From: Epiperipatus broadwayi
Lineage: Eukaryota; Animalia; Onychophora
NCBI GenBank assembly: GCA_028023455.1
Contig: JAQFVV010000001.1
Span: forward strand, 15,314,001 to 15,378,000
Length of the DNA: 64,000 nt
Direction of reading: 5' to 3'
Under the pieces are notes generated by a model that did no database searches, was not told where the DNA came from, and saw nothing but the letters and a program-made list of their open reading frames with translations. Shown piece after piece: positions 13,446 to 28,422 of the stretch. The first letter of the stretch is position 1. Every line of letters starts with the position of its first letter. A program made the translations under genes and the position numbers.

Positions 13446-14299
13446 ATAGTTTTCTTTTTTAAATTAGGCAGCATCATATTCTATGCAACTTCAACATTCA
13501 TCTCTGGATATAACTGCATAGCTTTTTTGACCAATAGTTAAACTTATGTAGCCAGCCATGTTAAATATATTTCTGCTAGCTAATGCCATCATACTTATTT
13601 AGGTGGATAGAGTATTGAAAAATACTTTAAAGAAGCAAAGTACAGTTATTCAAAATTATTTGGAGAAAAATGATTTTTAACCAATAGTTACTTCTATCTT
13701 CATGGAATCAATTTGCACTACATTCTTCTTGAATCAAGACTTAGACTAGACTACCACCATTTTTTTCCCAATCTATTTATATCTAATATTCTCACAATGT
13801 TTTTTGCTTTTTTTTAACACTCAACATGTAATCAAGTCTTTGTTTATTTATATCTACATGTTTTTTTATTCTAAAAAAAAAACATATTTATTAAGGCCAC
13901 AAGACTCAAAACATGTATTTTCATATATATATTCTTTATCTATGGTAACATTAGAAAGAAAAGTTATCATTGAATTTTGAAAATTGTTGTCCAACTTTCT
14001 CACTTTTAGTGATTTATAATTTTTAATAACATATTAAGTCTGTCATTCAATTTCCTATAGGAAAACACAAGTTATTTCTTTAAAACCCTACCAGTAGGCA
14101 AATCTGAAAGGATTACAAAATATGATACATTTTTTAAAAATATTCAAAGCAAATTCATTTGCATGCACCTAAACTAATTTTTTCTCTTCCTTTACATAAT
14201 ATGAATTATCATTTATTGATCATAATTTTGTAAACTACTTTTCTTTTATTAAACGAATTATCATTTATTAATTAATAATTTTAGAAAATACACTAATTT

Positions 14300-16700
14300 T
14301 ACCCAATATTGGATAGCATTATAAAATTTATAGACTAATTTTCTTTTATTAAATATTTAATAATATGATTAATTCTATAGATATATTTTCCTTTACGTTT
14401 TTAAACTGGTGTATTTAAATTATGCATATATTATGGCAATCTATAAATTTACTAATCAATTTATCAAAGGTCTTTATTAATTTTTTTTTGACCAAGCAGC
14501 TTTGTAATATAACTAATTGAAACTGCAATCGAATTTGTTCTACCATAATTCTCTCTTTAAAGATGAGACAATAGAATAGGGTAACTTTTTATTTTTCATT
14601 TCTATATCTGCAAAATTTAATTTAGTTTATTTATCTATTATTACATTTTAGTGATTTTCATAAATAATGTTTTACCAATACAACAATACATAAACAAATA
14701 TCCATGATTTAATTGATCAGAGATTTAAATGATCTTCACATATCAAAGGAGTGAATAGGATCTCAACTCTAGATTTGTTAAAAAAATTCAAATATAGGAC
14801 ATTAACATGTACAATAAAGCATGAACACTAAAAGGATTATCTCAATATATAAAACTTGTTACTTTTTGATTTTTAAGAATTGATAAATACAATGTTTTAA
14901 AGTTAATCCTTGCTCCCTTTTGAGTCTTAGAGATTGATAAATTCAAAAAACATTTGACTCACACTTTGCTTCTGAACTTTACATATGGTGAAGTAGAATA
15001 CTTAAAAAAAATATTGCAGCAGCATTTGAGATATAACCATTTCAAAAAGTTACATGATAGTATAACATCTCATGTACATGACTAAATCCTCATCCATCTC
15101 TAGAAGTTGAACACATCTAAACAAACGACAGAAACTTTCTTCCAATTTCTCTCTAGCAAGTTGATAGTTTATGATTTTACAAAGAATTTTGGTATTGTCT
15201 CCATTTTGAATTTTAGCATTTTATTTTTAAATTTGATATATATTTTTCCTCTCTACATTATTTATCATTTAAATCAAATTTTATCTCTCTCCGGGTATTT
15301 TTTTAATGGTGAAGATATCATTTGGGATGACCCGAAGAATCTAATTTCTCTTTATTCTGGAGTGGATTTTTCATTTTCTCTTTTTTCACTCTTCCAGTTC
15401 CATTTCCAGTCTAAATACTGATAGTGGGAATTGATGACTTGATAATAATAATCAGTCTATTTAGGTAGTTTTGATCTTTTTTTGACCTTACATTATTTAG
15501 CTTTTTTCTTTCAATAGAGCCCTTCTATTTTTAATTTTCTGGGCATATTCTTCTTCATCATTATTCTTTTTAACATTCAAGTAGAAAAAATTATTTTACA
15601 AATAAATCAAGTCAGATGTCACCTGACCTAAAAAAATCATTTTCTAGCTTGAGTACTTTTTTTATTTTTGATCTCATCTACATAATTATTTACAGCCTCT
15701 ATATTAATATTTAAATTAATGAAGTATCTTCAATTCTTCATATAATCACATTTCATACTTTCATCTTTTGATTTTCCCGTTTTTCTTCATTTGTGTCTTC
15801 ATTTAAATTACCATACATAATAAAAATATCAACATTATTACTATCCATTTACTGCTTTGTAAACACAATATCAATTTCTGCTTTTTTTTTTGTCTACTGA
15901 TATCATGCTCATCACCACACTTTACACCATTATTTTCTGCTAGTGCAATGAGTTCAATTTTCATAAATATCTTTAAATAATGTACTGTGGCAATCTATCT
16001 GCAATTTCCTCATCTCATCCACATTTGGGTTATCCTCTACATCTTCTGTCAATATTTCATCAAACATAACTTTCTCTAATTTTTTACTTGTTCCAGTTTG
16101 ATAAAATATTTCCTCTTTAAGTTATTGAATTTTATCCTAGGGAGTATAAAACATTCTCATATTTAGAATTTCTTATTATTTCATATTTTAAAGTTCCTTC
16201 TACCTCAATGTGTGATTTCACAGATGTCTCAATTTGTATTTTCTGTATTACAATATTGTGACAGTCAGATGATGTATGTTGGTTTAACCCAGTTCGAATA
16301 CTAGGCGAAAGTACCTCGAGGCCATCCATATGCGAGATATTAAATCAAGAATACTATGACTTCTGCCCTGTTCGCCTATTCTCAAGGCTAACTGCGAACC
16401 AACAACATTATCTGAGACACGCATAAATTATTTTCTCACTGACCCAAAGCTTAGCATCAGCGGAGAGAAACATGGATGGGAACACCTACGGAGCTAAATA
16501 GTTAAATGTGCAATAAAAGTACTAAGAAACATGTGTTTTGCGTGCCTGGATCATTGGAAAAGTAACATAAAGCATTAGAATAAAATTAGCAAACTCAAGC
16601 TTGTTAGTTAAATAAGATATTTAATTAATGACTTTAAAATAATAAGATTTAATGGCCTCCGCTATTCCCCTAAAATCATGAAAACTAATTAGACAATGAA
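14300..16700 (-). mobile_element. Decayed Jockey/I-type LINE 5' portion (5'UTR, gag-like ORF1, APE relic)
   Basis: ATG at 16329 (ORF 16132-16329) continues in frameshifted charged segments. MRCY..CNF..GYISN (~14990-15075) resembles a gag CCHC knuckle (RCYNCQxFGHIS), and ICEDHLNL*SIKSW (~14700-14750) resembles APE GDFNAHxxxW. CpG-containing leader upstream. Confidence 0.35.
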
Positions 16701-17199
16701 AACAGATTAAACAATATAATATTTTTGCGGTCTAAGTCTTCCCAATTTTAATAAAATTGTCAACTCGAATCTCCTCGATAAAGTACAATAATAAAAATCT
16801 TTCGCAAAGCATTTTCTAATTGCTTTGCGCTAAAAACGGAGTTTAAAAATTATTTAAGACGTATATAGCTAAATCAGATATACGTAATAAGCTAATGGCG
16901 GACAAAAGAGGCATTATCGAGGTGATCAAGTTGGCAAACAAAGGAAACTTACTCGTATGGAATTTAGAAACATAAATAAAATTGGAAAGAGATTTTAAAT
17001 GAAAAATTAACTTTTAAACTTAACCACAATGGAATACAAAATATTTATACATGTTAGTAATGAAGAATAGCGAAGGAAAAAGGGTTAAATATATATATAT
17101 ATAGATGATCACGCAATATATATATATCTAAGACTAGTCTAATAAAAATGGTTACATAACAAATATACTTAAATACAACATTTCATAAATATAATTCAA

Positions 17200-17700
17200 T
17201 GAAGCAATTAAAAAAAGGTATGAACAAAAAAGGGTAGAAAGTAAATAGTTCAATGGAGGAGAGATATGATTACCGTCCTGGTTCCTTGCTCCTGTTCAGC
17301 AGCGTCGTGGCTTGATCCAACCATCGATAGGTATTTGTCCGGACAATGAAAATGGAAATATGTAGCATGGTTTCACGAAAAGTCCTACAGACACGGCACA
17401 GAGTTCAGATTATATTGGGTGGATACTATGGCATTTTGATGGTATTTAGGAACCCCAGGGATAGGCAAAGCTATTTACTTGCCTAGCCAAGCATAGTAGA
17501 ATCCATAAAATTCATATTACTTTTAGCTTGAGCATGTTCAAACTTCTCCGTGATTTTGAAGATGACAGTTGTATAACTTTTTGTAATAAAATCTCAACAA
17601 GCAAAAGCAAAATCTGCTAGAGTTCTCCCAAGAGAAATCTGAATGAAATCTTAAAAGGGAAATCTGAAAAAAATGCCAAGTCTTTTGTTCACACTCCTAT
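17200..17700 (-). mobile_element. L1/Tx1-type ORF2 C-terminal zinc-binding relic
   Basis: The minus strand gives TLCRVCRTFRETMLHI, then after a frameshift FHCPDK (~17335-17405), matching the CxxCxxxxETxxHxFxxCP motif of L1/Tx1 elements. Confidence 0.35.
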
Positions 17701-19359
17701 TTATAACTTTTTTGTAAGCTACCTTCTATTGTTTGTATGATCTTAGATCTTGATAAGCCCACCCACATGCTCCTTTCTTTCAAGGTAACATTTTCTAAAA
17801 ATAACTTTTACTTTTTTATTCTAAATTTCTTTCTTTAAAGTTTGAATTTTATTAATTAAAAAAGAAAGAGAAAGCCATCTTTAATTTGCCTTGAATGGGC
17901 TAACTAATTACAAACATACATTCTTTTAGAAAATGTTGGTGGGCTTATCTCAAAATAAATCATACGCCATATTTTAACAAGATTTTAACAAAAAAAATAT
18001 ATTATTTCTTTTAATAATATAAGCATTTTATTTCAGCAGAATTTTGCATTAACTCATATATATACACTTGACGTATATATATGTTTGACTAATAGGTTTT
18101 ACACATAATTTTTATTAACAGAAATCTAATCTTAGAATGGAATTTATTTAAAACAAAATATTTAACTGCAATACAAATTTAATAAACATAATTAATTTTA
18201 GCTTTAATGCAAAACCCTGCTGATATTGGACTATAAACTTAATTCAGGCCTACAATACTAATTAAGTTTATAGGAGGCTGTGAAGCATGGATTGGACTTC
18301 AGATCCATTGTTTCAATGTCAATATGCAATTCTATCTCTGTCGCATTATTACAAATATTTACTTCTTTTGAATCATTCATTTTAGGTTCCTAAACAAAAT
18401 TCAAGCCCTCTTTTTTTTATTATCACACTTTGTTTAGAATGTAATGTTTTCATTGTGCTTGTTCCATTCTCTTCAATCTTTTCTGTCATATAGTTGGTAA
18501 GTTCCCTAGACTTATCTAAAGATTTTACATAAATTTGTATATTTTTAGTCTAATTGATGCCATTTGCACCTTTTTTAATTTTCATTTTTTTTGCACCACT
18601 TCAAAGTTTTCTTTTAGTTTTTATACTGTTCTTTAAATTCTATATTTCTTCTTTGTTGCCATTTTTTCAATTCTGCCAGATTTTTTTTGCATTTCTTTAA
18701 TAATTGCACACAATCTTTCAATAGTAAATACACCTAATTTCTCTTCTGAAGGCTTTTGCATTGACTGAATGGATTCGTATTCTTTTAGCTCTGGTTCCAT
18801 TGATTACACTGGCTCTTGTATTGCTGATTACTCCATGTTCAATTGTACTTTCATAACTTTTTGCTATTGAATGTGTTATCATTTGCAACTAAATGCTTTA
18901 TTATACTCTTGTTAATTGTCTTTATTACTATTTTAATTATCATCTTTTTTCAGTTTGCTACAAATGTAAATATTAATTATTTATACTTTATCATTAAATA
19001 AACACAACAGTTTCAACCCTTTCTATGTAATCACATCCAGAATAACATAGTATACTTGCATTAAGTATTATTTCTATTTAAATATAATGTCCTTGCCTAT
19101 CTAGATTCAAATTATTGCTTCAGTAAAGTGTTAGTATTATATATTTATAAATGCTGATCTTATTTCTCATTTCAAACACATATTGCCTGCCATATATAAT
19201 ACTATCATCCATTATATAACTCTGTTATTCACACTCTAATGTTTGGTACAATATATAGCTGTACTGATGTAAAGTTGAGCAGAAGTGAGGTACTGTTCAT
19301 GCATATATTGCTGTGCTTAATGTAATGGACTTAAATATAGTAAATATAATAATTAAAAA

Positions 19360-20135
19360 AAGCAAGTCATATGTCACATGATTTGTTTTAAGCTTGTATT
19401 ACAGATATGTAATATAGGGAGCATACCAATAGCTCTAACAAACTTTCATTGATAAGTGCAACAAGAGAAAGCATTTAAAAATATCTATCTAGAATAATTC
19501 ATATCCTCAGACAGGTTTTGAGTTTTTGGCTCATCTGAGTGAGGCACTGGGACATTTAGACATCTATAGGGATTATTCTAGAGAGAGATTTTGCTAAATT
19601 CAATTTTAAATTAATCATCAGGTGCAAAGCTTTTTAAATAAAAAGCTTACTTCTGAAAAATCTTAATACTGCCAATTATCATCAATTTAAATTACTACCA
19701 TTATTTCTGCATGCCCCCAATAGATTGCATGACTTCTCAGAATTAGTGGATATTAATGGCATATATTTAGATTGAATTCAAAAAGCAAAAATAAGGTAAA
19801 TTGATTAAATAAAAAAAAGCTAACAATTTATTTACAATAAATGAAATTGTTACTTATACTTTTGCAACTGCTACCAGATAAATACAATACAGAATACTAA
19901 AAATGAAAAATAATAATTCTAAATATTAAGACTGATGATGAGATCATATAATACAATTGTCTTAAAGTTTTCAAATTTTAAATCATGGTTTTTGTAGATA
20001 ACATATGTTTACTATATAAGAAAATAAGTCTAACAATCCAATCTTGATTGTAATTAGCCTCTTTAGATAATGGTAACAATAGACAGTGTATATGGAAAGT
20101 CTTATGGTGGAGCTCAATTCTTTCCTTATAGCATA
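19360..20135 (-). mobile_element. Family C longer copy: HHR-bearing terminal unit (19360-19550) plus adjacent internal repeat (19590-20135)
   Basis: Homologous to 11250-11452 and to 12945-13445. The degenerate HHR at 19505-19544 reads CCUCA-CU(CA)GAUGA-GCCAAAAACUC-AAAA-CCUGU-C-UGAGG with a perfect stem I. Confidence 0.65.
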
Positions 20136-22819
20136 GTTGTTTTTTTAAAAAAAAGTTTAAGTGAACAAAAACAGTTTTAAAAAACCAACAAAAAAGGAGC
20201 TAGAAAATGAGAGAAAAGAGCATGGAGAGAAGACAAAAAATACTATTTCTATTGGATATATTATATAACTTTTAAAAAGACAACTCTATATTCTACAATC
20301 TATTGAGAGATTATTTATTTGTTATTTTCTCTTATATATGAAGTAATTCCATTACTTATAATATAAGTTGTGTGAGAAGTCTGAGTTTAATATCCACTAA
20401 AATACTGTACAATAACCTATAAATACATTTCTACAGCTATTAACATTAAAAAATTTTGATTTTAGTGATCACTAATTTAAATAACTTTGTATCTTTTTAT
20501 CAGAAAAGCAATTTGGATATTGAAGTACAATACAGACTTAATTCATAAAGTACTTTACCATAGTTATAACTAGCATAAATAAATTATTTATATATATGTT
20601 TCTATTCACCTAATTTAGTGTATGAATATGCTATATAAATTTTTTAAAATGAAATCCCAAATTGAATGCCAAAATAACTTAAAATGTACTACATAATGTT
20701 CAAATAAAAGTGAAACCACCATTATGAATATATCTCTTAAAAGTGAATCAGACAACAAACAAATACAGCCATTAATATATTTATTGACACATAATGACAA
20801 TAATAATTCAACAATAAAAAAAGATAGTTTGCTTCTCACATTGGTAGCACCAATGTTACAATAAATTGATTAATAAATGAGAGGAGCTCATGATGCACTC
20901 AACAAATTATAAAACCAAATAACCTATACCTCACTTAGCACCAGATCTTGATTTGATGCAAGGATTCACCATAGTGATCATCATCAATTTGTATTCACTA
21001 TTTTTATTTACAACTGATTATTCACTAATTGTAAAAAAAAAAATAAAAAATTAAACACCATTTTGAAAATGGTGACCATTTTATAAGATTGATGACATTG
21101 TAGGATAGTAATTTTGTCATCTGAAAGAAAAATAGTGACATTCATATTAAAAATGTATAACACAGAGTTTATTCATTATAATATAATATACAATATTACA
21201 GTATATAGCATTTTGGTTATAAAATAAAAATACAATTAACATACTGTACTTTATTTAATTTTCATCCAGTGTTCTTTTAAGACAATAATCTTTAATGACA
21301 TATCTAATGTAAAGTTAATGACTACAAAAGTAAAAAAAAAACAATGCCTTATTCAATACAATAAATAATCAAAAGCCTATTTTGATGTCATATTAATATT
21401 ACATTTTAAAATATGTACATTAGCTTAAAAATTGTTTATTTACTAACTTTTAAAATTTTTATTAATGGTATTTTTCTTGTGGCAAAAATTATGATCATCG
21501 TAACTGTAAAATTTACTTACCATAATTGTAAGGTATTTTGAGAAAAAAAAGATTTCAAGCATTATGTAACTAATAATCAACTTTACATGATCAATATTAC
21601 TAAATATAAATGTAAAATATCATTTACTGCATATTTGCTTAATTTTAAATCATAATATTGTAATTTGTTTCAGACATATCCAAGCCAAAGGAGACATTAT
21701 TGCAAATATAAAAAAATACAATGCCAAAAAAAAAATAACAATAATAATAATACAAATTTCATTCAGTATAATCAATTTTGGTCATTTACTGTACTATTAA
21801 TAATTAATTTAAAATTGTGTGCTAATCAGTCAACTAATTTTGAATTAAAACTGTTATTTCAGTAAAAAAAAAAAGGGGGGGGAGGGGGAGGTGAATATGG
21901 GAGAAAAAAATTATTTCAGAATTATGCAATTAACAATCAACTTAATATGATCAAAGTTATCAAATCTAAGCTAAAAATAATGGCAATATTCTCACAAACT
22001 TAAAAAAAGTATACTGACAAAAAATACAAATTTCATTCAGCATAAAACTAAAAATAAATGTTGATTGTATATTATTATTAATTCAATTTTAATTGTGTAC
22101 TATATATGTATTAGTTAAAATATTCAGTCAAGCAATTTTAAATTATGAATATTAATTTCAGTCAAATCAAAACTGCTATTACCATAAACATATTTTCAAT
22201 AAAAAAAAAAAGAAAGGAGAAAGATGATTTCATGCATTAAACAATTAATAATAATTTGTATATGATGAAAATGCAGTACAAATATATTTGAGAAGTTTCG
22301 TGCTTTTAATTTTTATTTAAATGACCCATATTTCTGCCATTATGGCGTACTGTTATTTTAAACATTGCTAGATCATTTAAAAAAAATGGTTACTACATGT
22401 AATAAAATGTACCATTTCATGCCATAAAAAGACCACAACTAGTGTATTTGTATATAAATTGCAGTTTATTTAGATCTGCATAGTACATATTGTAAAAAAG
22501 TTTTAAATATTGATTACAATATGCAAACACAGAATGCATTAGTACATGGTTTCTTTTTTAATATGCCAGAATTTTTTTTTTTTTCAAGATTAATTCTATG
22601 ATTAAATTTTGATAATATATAGTTCTATAATTCTATAATTTGGCTACCCTTACACTGTTAATAAATAACAAATCTTTATGGTCACAACAAATGAGATATT
22701 ATTAAACATTGCTTTATTAATTCTAAATATTTTCACATAAATAATATAATTATGAATTTTAAAAAAATGAAGCTTCAATATAGACTCCTTTCCTTCCCCC
22801 CAATTTGTAATGATTAACA

Positions 22820-23110
22820 ATTTTGCAGAAAAACATTAAAAATTGTCAACTGCAAGCCTACTCTCCCTTTCTCAATCCATTTTTCAGTGCATTTGCACAG
22901 TAAAGCCATATATTTATGAAGAATTTGACCCCAAATCAGACAGCTTCATCAAATCTAAAAATGCCTTAAGTCAAAAATGAGACATTATAATATGTTGTAT
23001 GAAAAGAAAATCAAAAAAGCAAGACAACCATTCATTCCAAACTTTTTCTCTAGTGATCCTCAGATATCAGCAACTAGTGTACCTCTTCCAAAAAAAGAGC
23101 ATCATCAAAG
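22820..23110 (+). mobile_element. Tigger/pogo transposase C-terminal fragment (decayed)
   Basis: IYEEFDPKSDSFIK..., then a frameshift to HYNMLYEKKIKKARQPFIPNFF, resembling the Tigger C-terminus (FExxDPNxER...CYxxxYxEKxKxxxQxxIxxFF). Confidence 0.5.
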
Positions 23111-24527
23111 GATTTAAATGACAATGATAGACACTTAGAATGAGCAAGTGTAGACTCAGAAAACTGGATAATGATGAGTGCTGAGCAGATGGATTATAAG
23201 AAAGAACAACTTTAAGTTAAATGTTTTTTTTACATAAATTTAAGTTGTATTATCTTACATACATACATATTTTAAATGCCTACTTACATAATACATATAT
23301 AGCATAATTTACACATACATATATTGTACATTAAGTTTTTTTTTTTTAAGTTGCTATATATAGTAGGTTAAATTATAAGCTAATAAAGTATTCACAAGGA
23401 ATAAGCTAATTTTTTTCCATAAAAAAATATAATCCCTTGCTTTTTATATAATCTTTTTGCTTTATATTGAGTTTTGGGGACTAATTATACTCACTAAGTG
23501 GGATAAAACTGTATCAAAATTTACAATTATTCAAATATAATTTTATGAGACTTTATTAGTTATTTTACTATAAATATTTCATGTCTAGTTTATATGAATT
23601 TCATTATTATGTGCAGAGAACATTAGATGGACTAATATTTCAGAAAAAAAAAGATGTAGTAATTATTTGATGTGCTTATTATTATTTAAATCTATAACAT
23701 TATTACTTCAATGAATCATGTAAACATGAATGTACTCATATATCATTTAGTTCATATAATTCTAAATAAGAATGAGATCCCTAAACAGAGTTTAAAACCA
23801 ATGACCTAGGATGCATGAAGTTTAGAGCAGGAATATGAAATATTTTGTCATATCATACATATTATCTGCAACAATAGCAATTTTATTAACAGCAATAATA
23901 TTATAACTTGTTATTATGTCATACATTTAGCTCTCCATAAAAAGGAAAAGATATGTGTGTAAAATGCATTGGTATAAATCATTAGATCACGCAGATGTAA
24001 CTGGAATTCTTATCATTAGTAAATCATAACAAAATATGTATCTCTTAGTAAGTCCGCCTCCAATTCAAGTGCATGCATAAATATAGACATCCTTCAAAAT
24101 ACCATTACATCAGTACACAATATTATGTAGCTAAATAATCATCATATTCCAGGACTTTCACTGAAACATATAGAATGCTAAATTTTAAATAAACGACGAG
24201 CATGCATATAATTATTTTTAATATAAAAACATGAATGCACATCAGCAATTATGCATATTATTATTTCAATGTAAGCAAGCAGAAATTCCACATCTGTATT
24301 TATATATTCAAGATAGAACAATATACACATGATAGAATCCTTATTTCAAACTTTAATAATTTTTTATTTAACATCTTTATGTTTGTTACTAATATTGATT
24401 ACATAAAATATATGCATATCTCAGGCTTTGCATTTAAATTAATTAAGTTGCATTATCATTTTATAATAAAATTTTATAAAGTAACTGAAATACAAGCTTA
24501 TTATATACCTGTATCAATATATATATA

Positions 24528-24800
24528 GGGTATATGAGCACAGACTTTCACACGACCCATCGCTCACTACTCTATCTCATATCATCAATCCACTTGAACA
24601 CATATATGTTGAAAAGATAAACAATCACCAATAAATGTATTTCATGCTAAACCAGGAATCATTAGTTGTTCCAGATGATCATCTCTACACATATATGCAA
24701 TAAGTGCTCAGATATATATTAAGGCAGCCAATCTTCATACTAAATGAAGTTCAAAATTATTTAAATTCCAATCATTATCACTGTCAAACGATCTCACGTT
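24528..24800 (-). mobile_element. Family B element, single-arm copy with degenerate HHR (24628-24669)
   Basis: Homologous to 60535-60755. The HHR reads ACAA-CUAAUGA-UUCCUGGUUUAGCAU-GAAA-UACAUUU-A-UUGG, with G5 changed to A and a damaged stem II. Confidence 0.75.
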
Positions 24801-26449
24801 TATTCAAGCTCATTTTACATGCATTTATTTTATTACAAATCTACAATATTCAAAATAAAATTATATATTTTAACCCTGACAAATCATTTATTTAAATAGT
24901 AAAAAAATATATTATTTTAATTATATCAACAATAAGTAAACTTATGTGAAACTTTTACCATTGTCAAAACAAAACTAAATAGCATTTAAATCATTAATTA
25001 TTTAAAATTATTATTATAAAATATGCACCATTTATACTTAAATATATAAAGTAAAAATAAATAATATCTCTATAATGTTTCTATACCAAAAGTTATTTTA
25101 TAAATTTTAAACAGTTTATATACACAATTTACTTGTAAGTTATGCACAAATAGAAATGTCAATACAATGTCCAATTTTAAATTAAATTCAGATAAACTTG
25201 AGGTCATAAATATAAAATATTTCTGAATTCTTTATTTCAGAGTTCTAGTATATATCCTGTTTTGTTGATTGCAAATCCTTTATTCTTTTATTGTTTTAAT
25301 TGAATTTTATTTATAACATTTAATACACTGATGACTTTTTATATGTAATCATTTATTCTATTTATCAAATTGCTGTAGAGGATAAGTTAATTCGCAATAT
25401 TTTATTTCTAATGCATTCTTAAGACTATGAATTTGGTTTACATATCTAAGGAGGATCTCATATATTTCAGCCTGCATCGCAATAAAATCCATATCAGACA
25501 TTTCAGTTATAGCCATTTTAAAAAACTGCTGATTTATGATTTTTCTTTTAAAATTATTTTTTTAAAAAAAAAATAATGCCAATGATAATACTTGGCCAAT
25601 GTGCACATATAAATTAATAATCTTTTATTAAGTGTCTTATAAGGTTAAACTATTAATCATATATTATTATTATCATTTTAGTAATTAAACTTAAAATTAC
25701 ACAATATTAAAAATTATCTTTTACAATATTTTAAATAATCCTTAAAATATGCTTTTTATTAATACATAAATAACGAATATTACACACACATACATGCACA
25801 TATATACAACACTACACATATCTATTTGTTAGTATTACAAGTTGTTTGCTTCTTAAAATGTATGTTTTTATTATTATATTTAAATGGCTTTATCCTTTCC
25901 TTGCTTTGCCAATTTGTCTCCAAAGAATAGATATCTATGTTGTGCTACACCCTCTATCTCTGTCTGCTATGAAATAATTAATGATTATAATCATGTGAAA
26001 TTATTATATCATTTCATATTCCCACAGTTACAATAAAAAAAAAAACCCTAACAAATAATAATATAAATTTTGTTGTTATTTTGGCTTTACAAATCTGGCT
26101 TCACAATAAACCTACATTTCTGAAAGGAAAACCATGATATAATTATTTCATATGATTTTTTTTTCTATGATATTAATATTGTAACTATAACAAATCCCTA
26201 GAACAATCAAATGTGATTATATTACAAAGCTACATGGAAAAAAATTGTCCAATAAATACTTGGTGAAATTGAGTAATAAATATTTAAACTACCATTTGTG
26301 TATGTGTGCATATATATGTATCTTTTGAATAAACTGCCTAAAAAAATTAAAAAAAGTTAGTTTATGAATTTTGTCATATTATTAAATATTTGCTTTGTAG
26401 TATGGAAGAAAACTAATGATGAATTGCAATGTAAAAGAAGAAAGAAAAG

Positions 26450-27450
26450 TGGTTCTGATGCATGCAAGGTTTGAATTGTGTAGTCTATAAAAATAGAAAG
26501 CATTTTGAATCCCATTTAATCTGCCTTCCAAATGGAAGTTTTATTTAAACAACTCATCAATTCTTAAAGTAAATCTGATAGAGGATCTGAAAATATTATT
26601 GAAAAGTATTGGTTAATAAAAATAATTAATTTATTGAGTTATATTTAAAGATTGGCAATGAATTTTTTCTTCCTATGTTAACAAATATAGATAAAGAGAG
26701 AGGAAAAAACTTTTTTTTAATCTTTATTTGCCTGGTTTTCAAATATTTATCAAATCATGATTTATCTATAATTTTAGGTCTATAACATGTCTTTCCAAAA
26801 ACATGTTGTTGTCAAAAAAAAAAGAGGTGAAATCTTAATAATCAGCTGATAATAAATCCATTGTTTGAAAAACATGTTGTTGAACGTCACATAGAGATAT
26901 ATGAAACAAGAAACTTGCTTTCTATTCCAGTCCAGGCTAGATAGCCAAATCTACTTAAGAAGTAATGTTGCAGTGATCCAATCCAGAAGAGAAAAACTGC
27001 TGGTTAAAACTTTTCTATTGTAAATCAGATAGTCATATTTGCTGTTTTTAAAGTATTTTTTTAATATTCGAGTCATAACAGCCAGTATGATGACTTTATG
27101 TAGGAGACTATTGGCTGTGTTACTAGGCAACAAAAAACCCACACTAAACAAAATACCTGAAAAACGCAATTGGATCCAGAAATTAACACTGAAATTTGAC
27201 TGCCTTAATAATGTTATGAAGAAAGAAATGGACAGTGTTGTAAGAACTACTCAAGACCTACTGATAGTATATACCTATATAATGTCACCAATATTGCTGG
27301 ATTTCCTCTGTAACATTATCAGTGCCCAAGGAGAACTATCATCTTTGAAGGAAAGAAAACAATTATATTTAAAAAGCAGTATCTGCAGGAAAACCATATT
27401 TTGGAACTGTTTAAATATTTACATGGTAAAATCTTATTATTATAGATATT
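26450..27450 (+). mobile_element. Decayed I/Nimb/Jockey-type LINE RT thumb region (includes ORF 27039-27500)
   Basis: SDSHI, then NIRVIT..RRLLAVLLGNKKPTL, DSVVRTTQ and SAQGELSSLKERKQL align loosely with HI...NxIRVL..WG..RxxLLx.Y...IRPxL...GAxRTTP...AEAGExPLxxRRxxL. Confidence 0.4.
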
Positions 27451-28422
27451 ATAAGGCCTACACTTCAATTGAAAATATCTTTTATTATTATTATATTTAA
27501 AATTTTATATCTCTTTCATAGTTGTGAATAAACTGTTGCATATAAAGTTCTTTTTTAATTAATCCATTTAATTTGTGTTTCTAACTCAATTCAAACATCA
27601 TGCTTTTAACTTCCAATATGCTAATAATATCCACAACCCTGAGAAATCTTGCAATCCACTGGAGGATATGTAGGAATGGTGGTAATAATTTGTAAATAAT
27701 GATGATAATACATTAGTAAGTTTTCCAAAAGTAAACTTTCTAGTTAAAAGGTTTGGTGCATGAACGTTTCATTTTTTTTTTTATTGAATCTGAAAAACAA
27801 ATAAATACTTTTGGGAGGATTTGTACTATCATCATCATTGATTGGTTAATATTATTATATATTTGAATTGAATCATTTTATTCAAAAAAATTTTAACCAT
27901 TCAACTTTCACCATATTTAATATTTATTTGAATCAAAACTTATTATGTCTATTTGAATATCTTTGGTTGCTTGTTCAAACCTATTACTAGATTGTTTATC
28001 ATTACAATATTAATAAATAATCATTTCACATAATTACAATTATTCATTATTTCATAGAAGGCATCTATAGGGGGCATATTCTTTGGGAACAAGCTAGACA
28101 AAGTAAAGCAAGGATAAAGACCATTTGAATATAATAATAATAATCATATACTTAGGAAGTAATCAGTTCATAACACTAACAGATAGGCATATGTAATATT
28201 TCATACATGTATAAGTACATGCATATGTGTGTATAAAATTTGTTATCATTTATATATTAATAATAAATATATATTTTAAGGATTCTTTGAAGAATTGTGT
28301 AAGGTAATTTTAAATTTAATTATTAAAAAAAGATAATATATGATTAATATTACATAACTTAGCACTTATTAAAAGATTAATTTATATATGCCCATTAGCC
28401 TAATGTCATAATTGCATTATTA

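Noticed and set aside
16432-16482. TCTCA-CTGACCC...GAAACATGGA-TGGGA resembling family A
   Set aside because: G8, A9 and U16.1 are all wrong, and the flanks have no similarity to family A.
21874-21901. G-quadruplex at G-rich tracts (also 30811-30827)
   Set aside because: These are simple homopolymer runs like many others in the window, with no positional rationale.
23090-23190. C/D box snoRNA (ATGATGA...CTGA)
   Set aside because: The boxes are only 3 nt apart with no terminal stem, next to a transposase relic.
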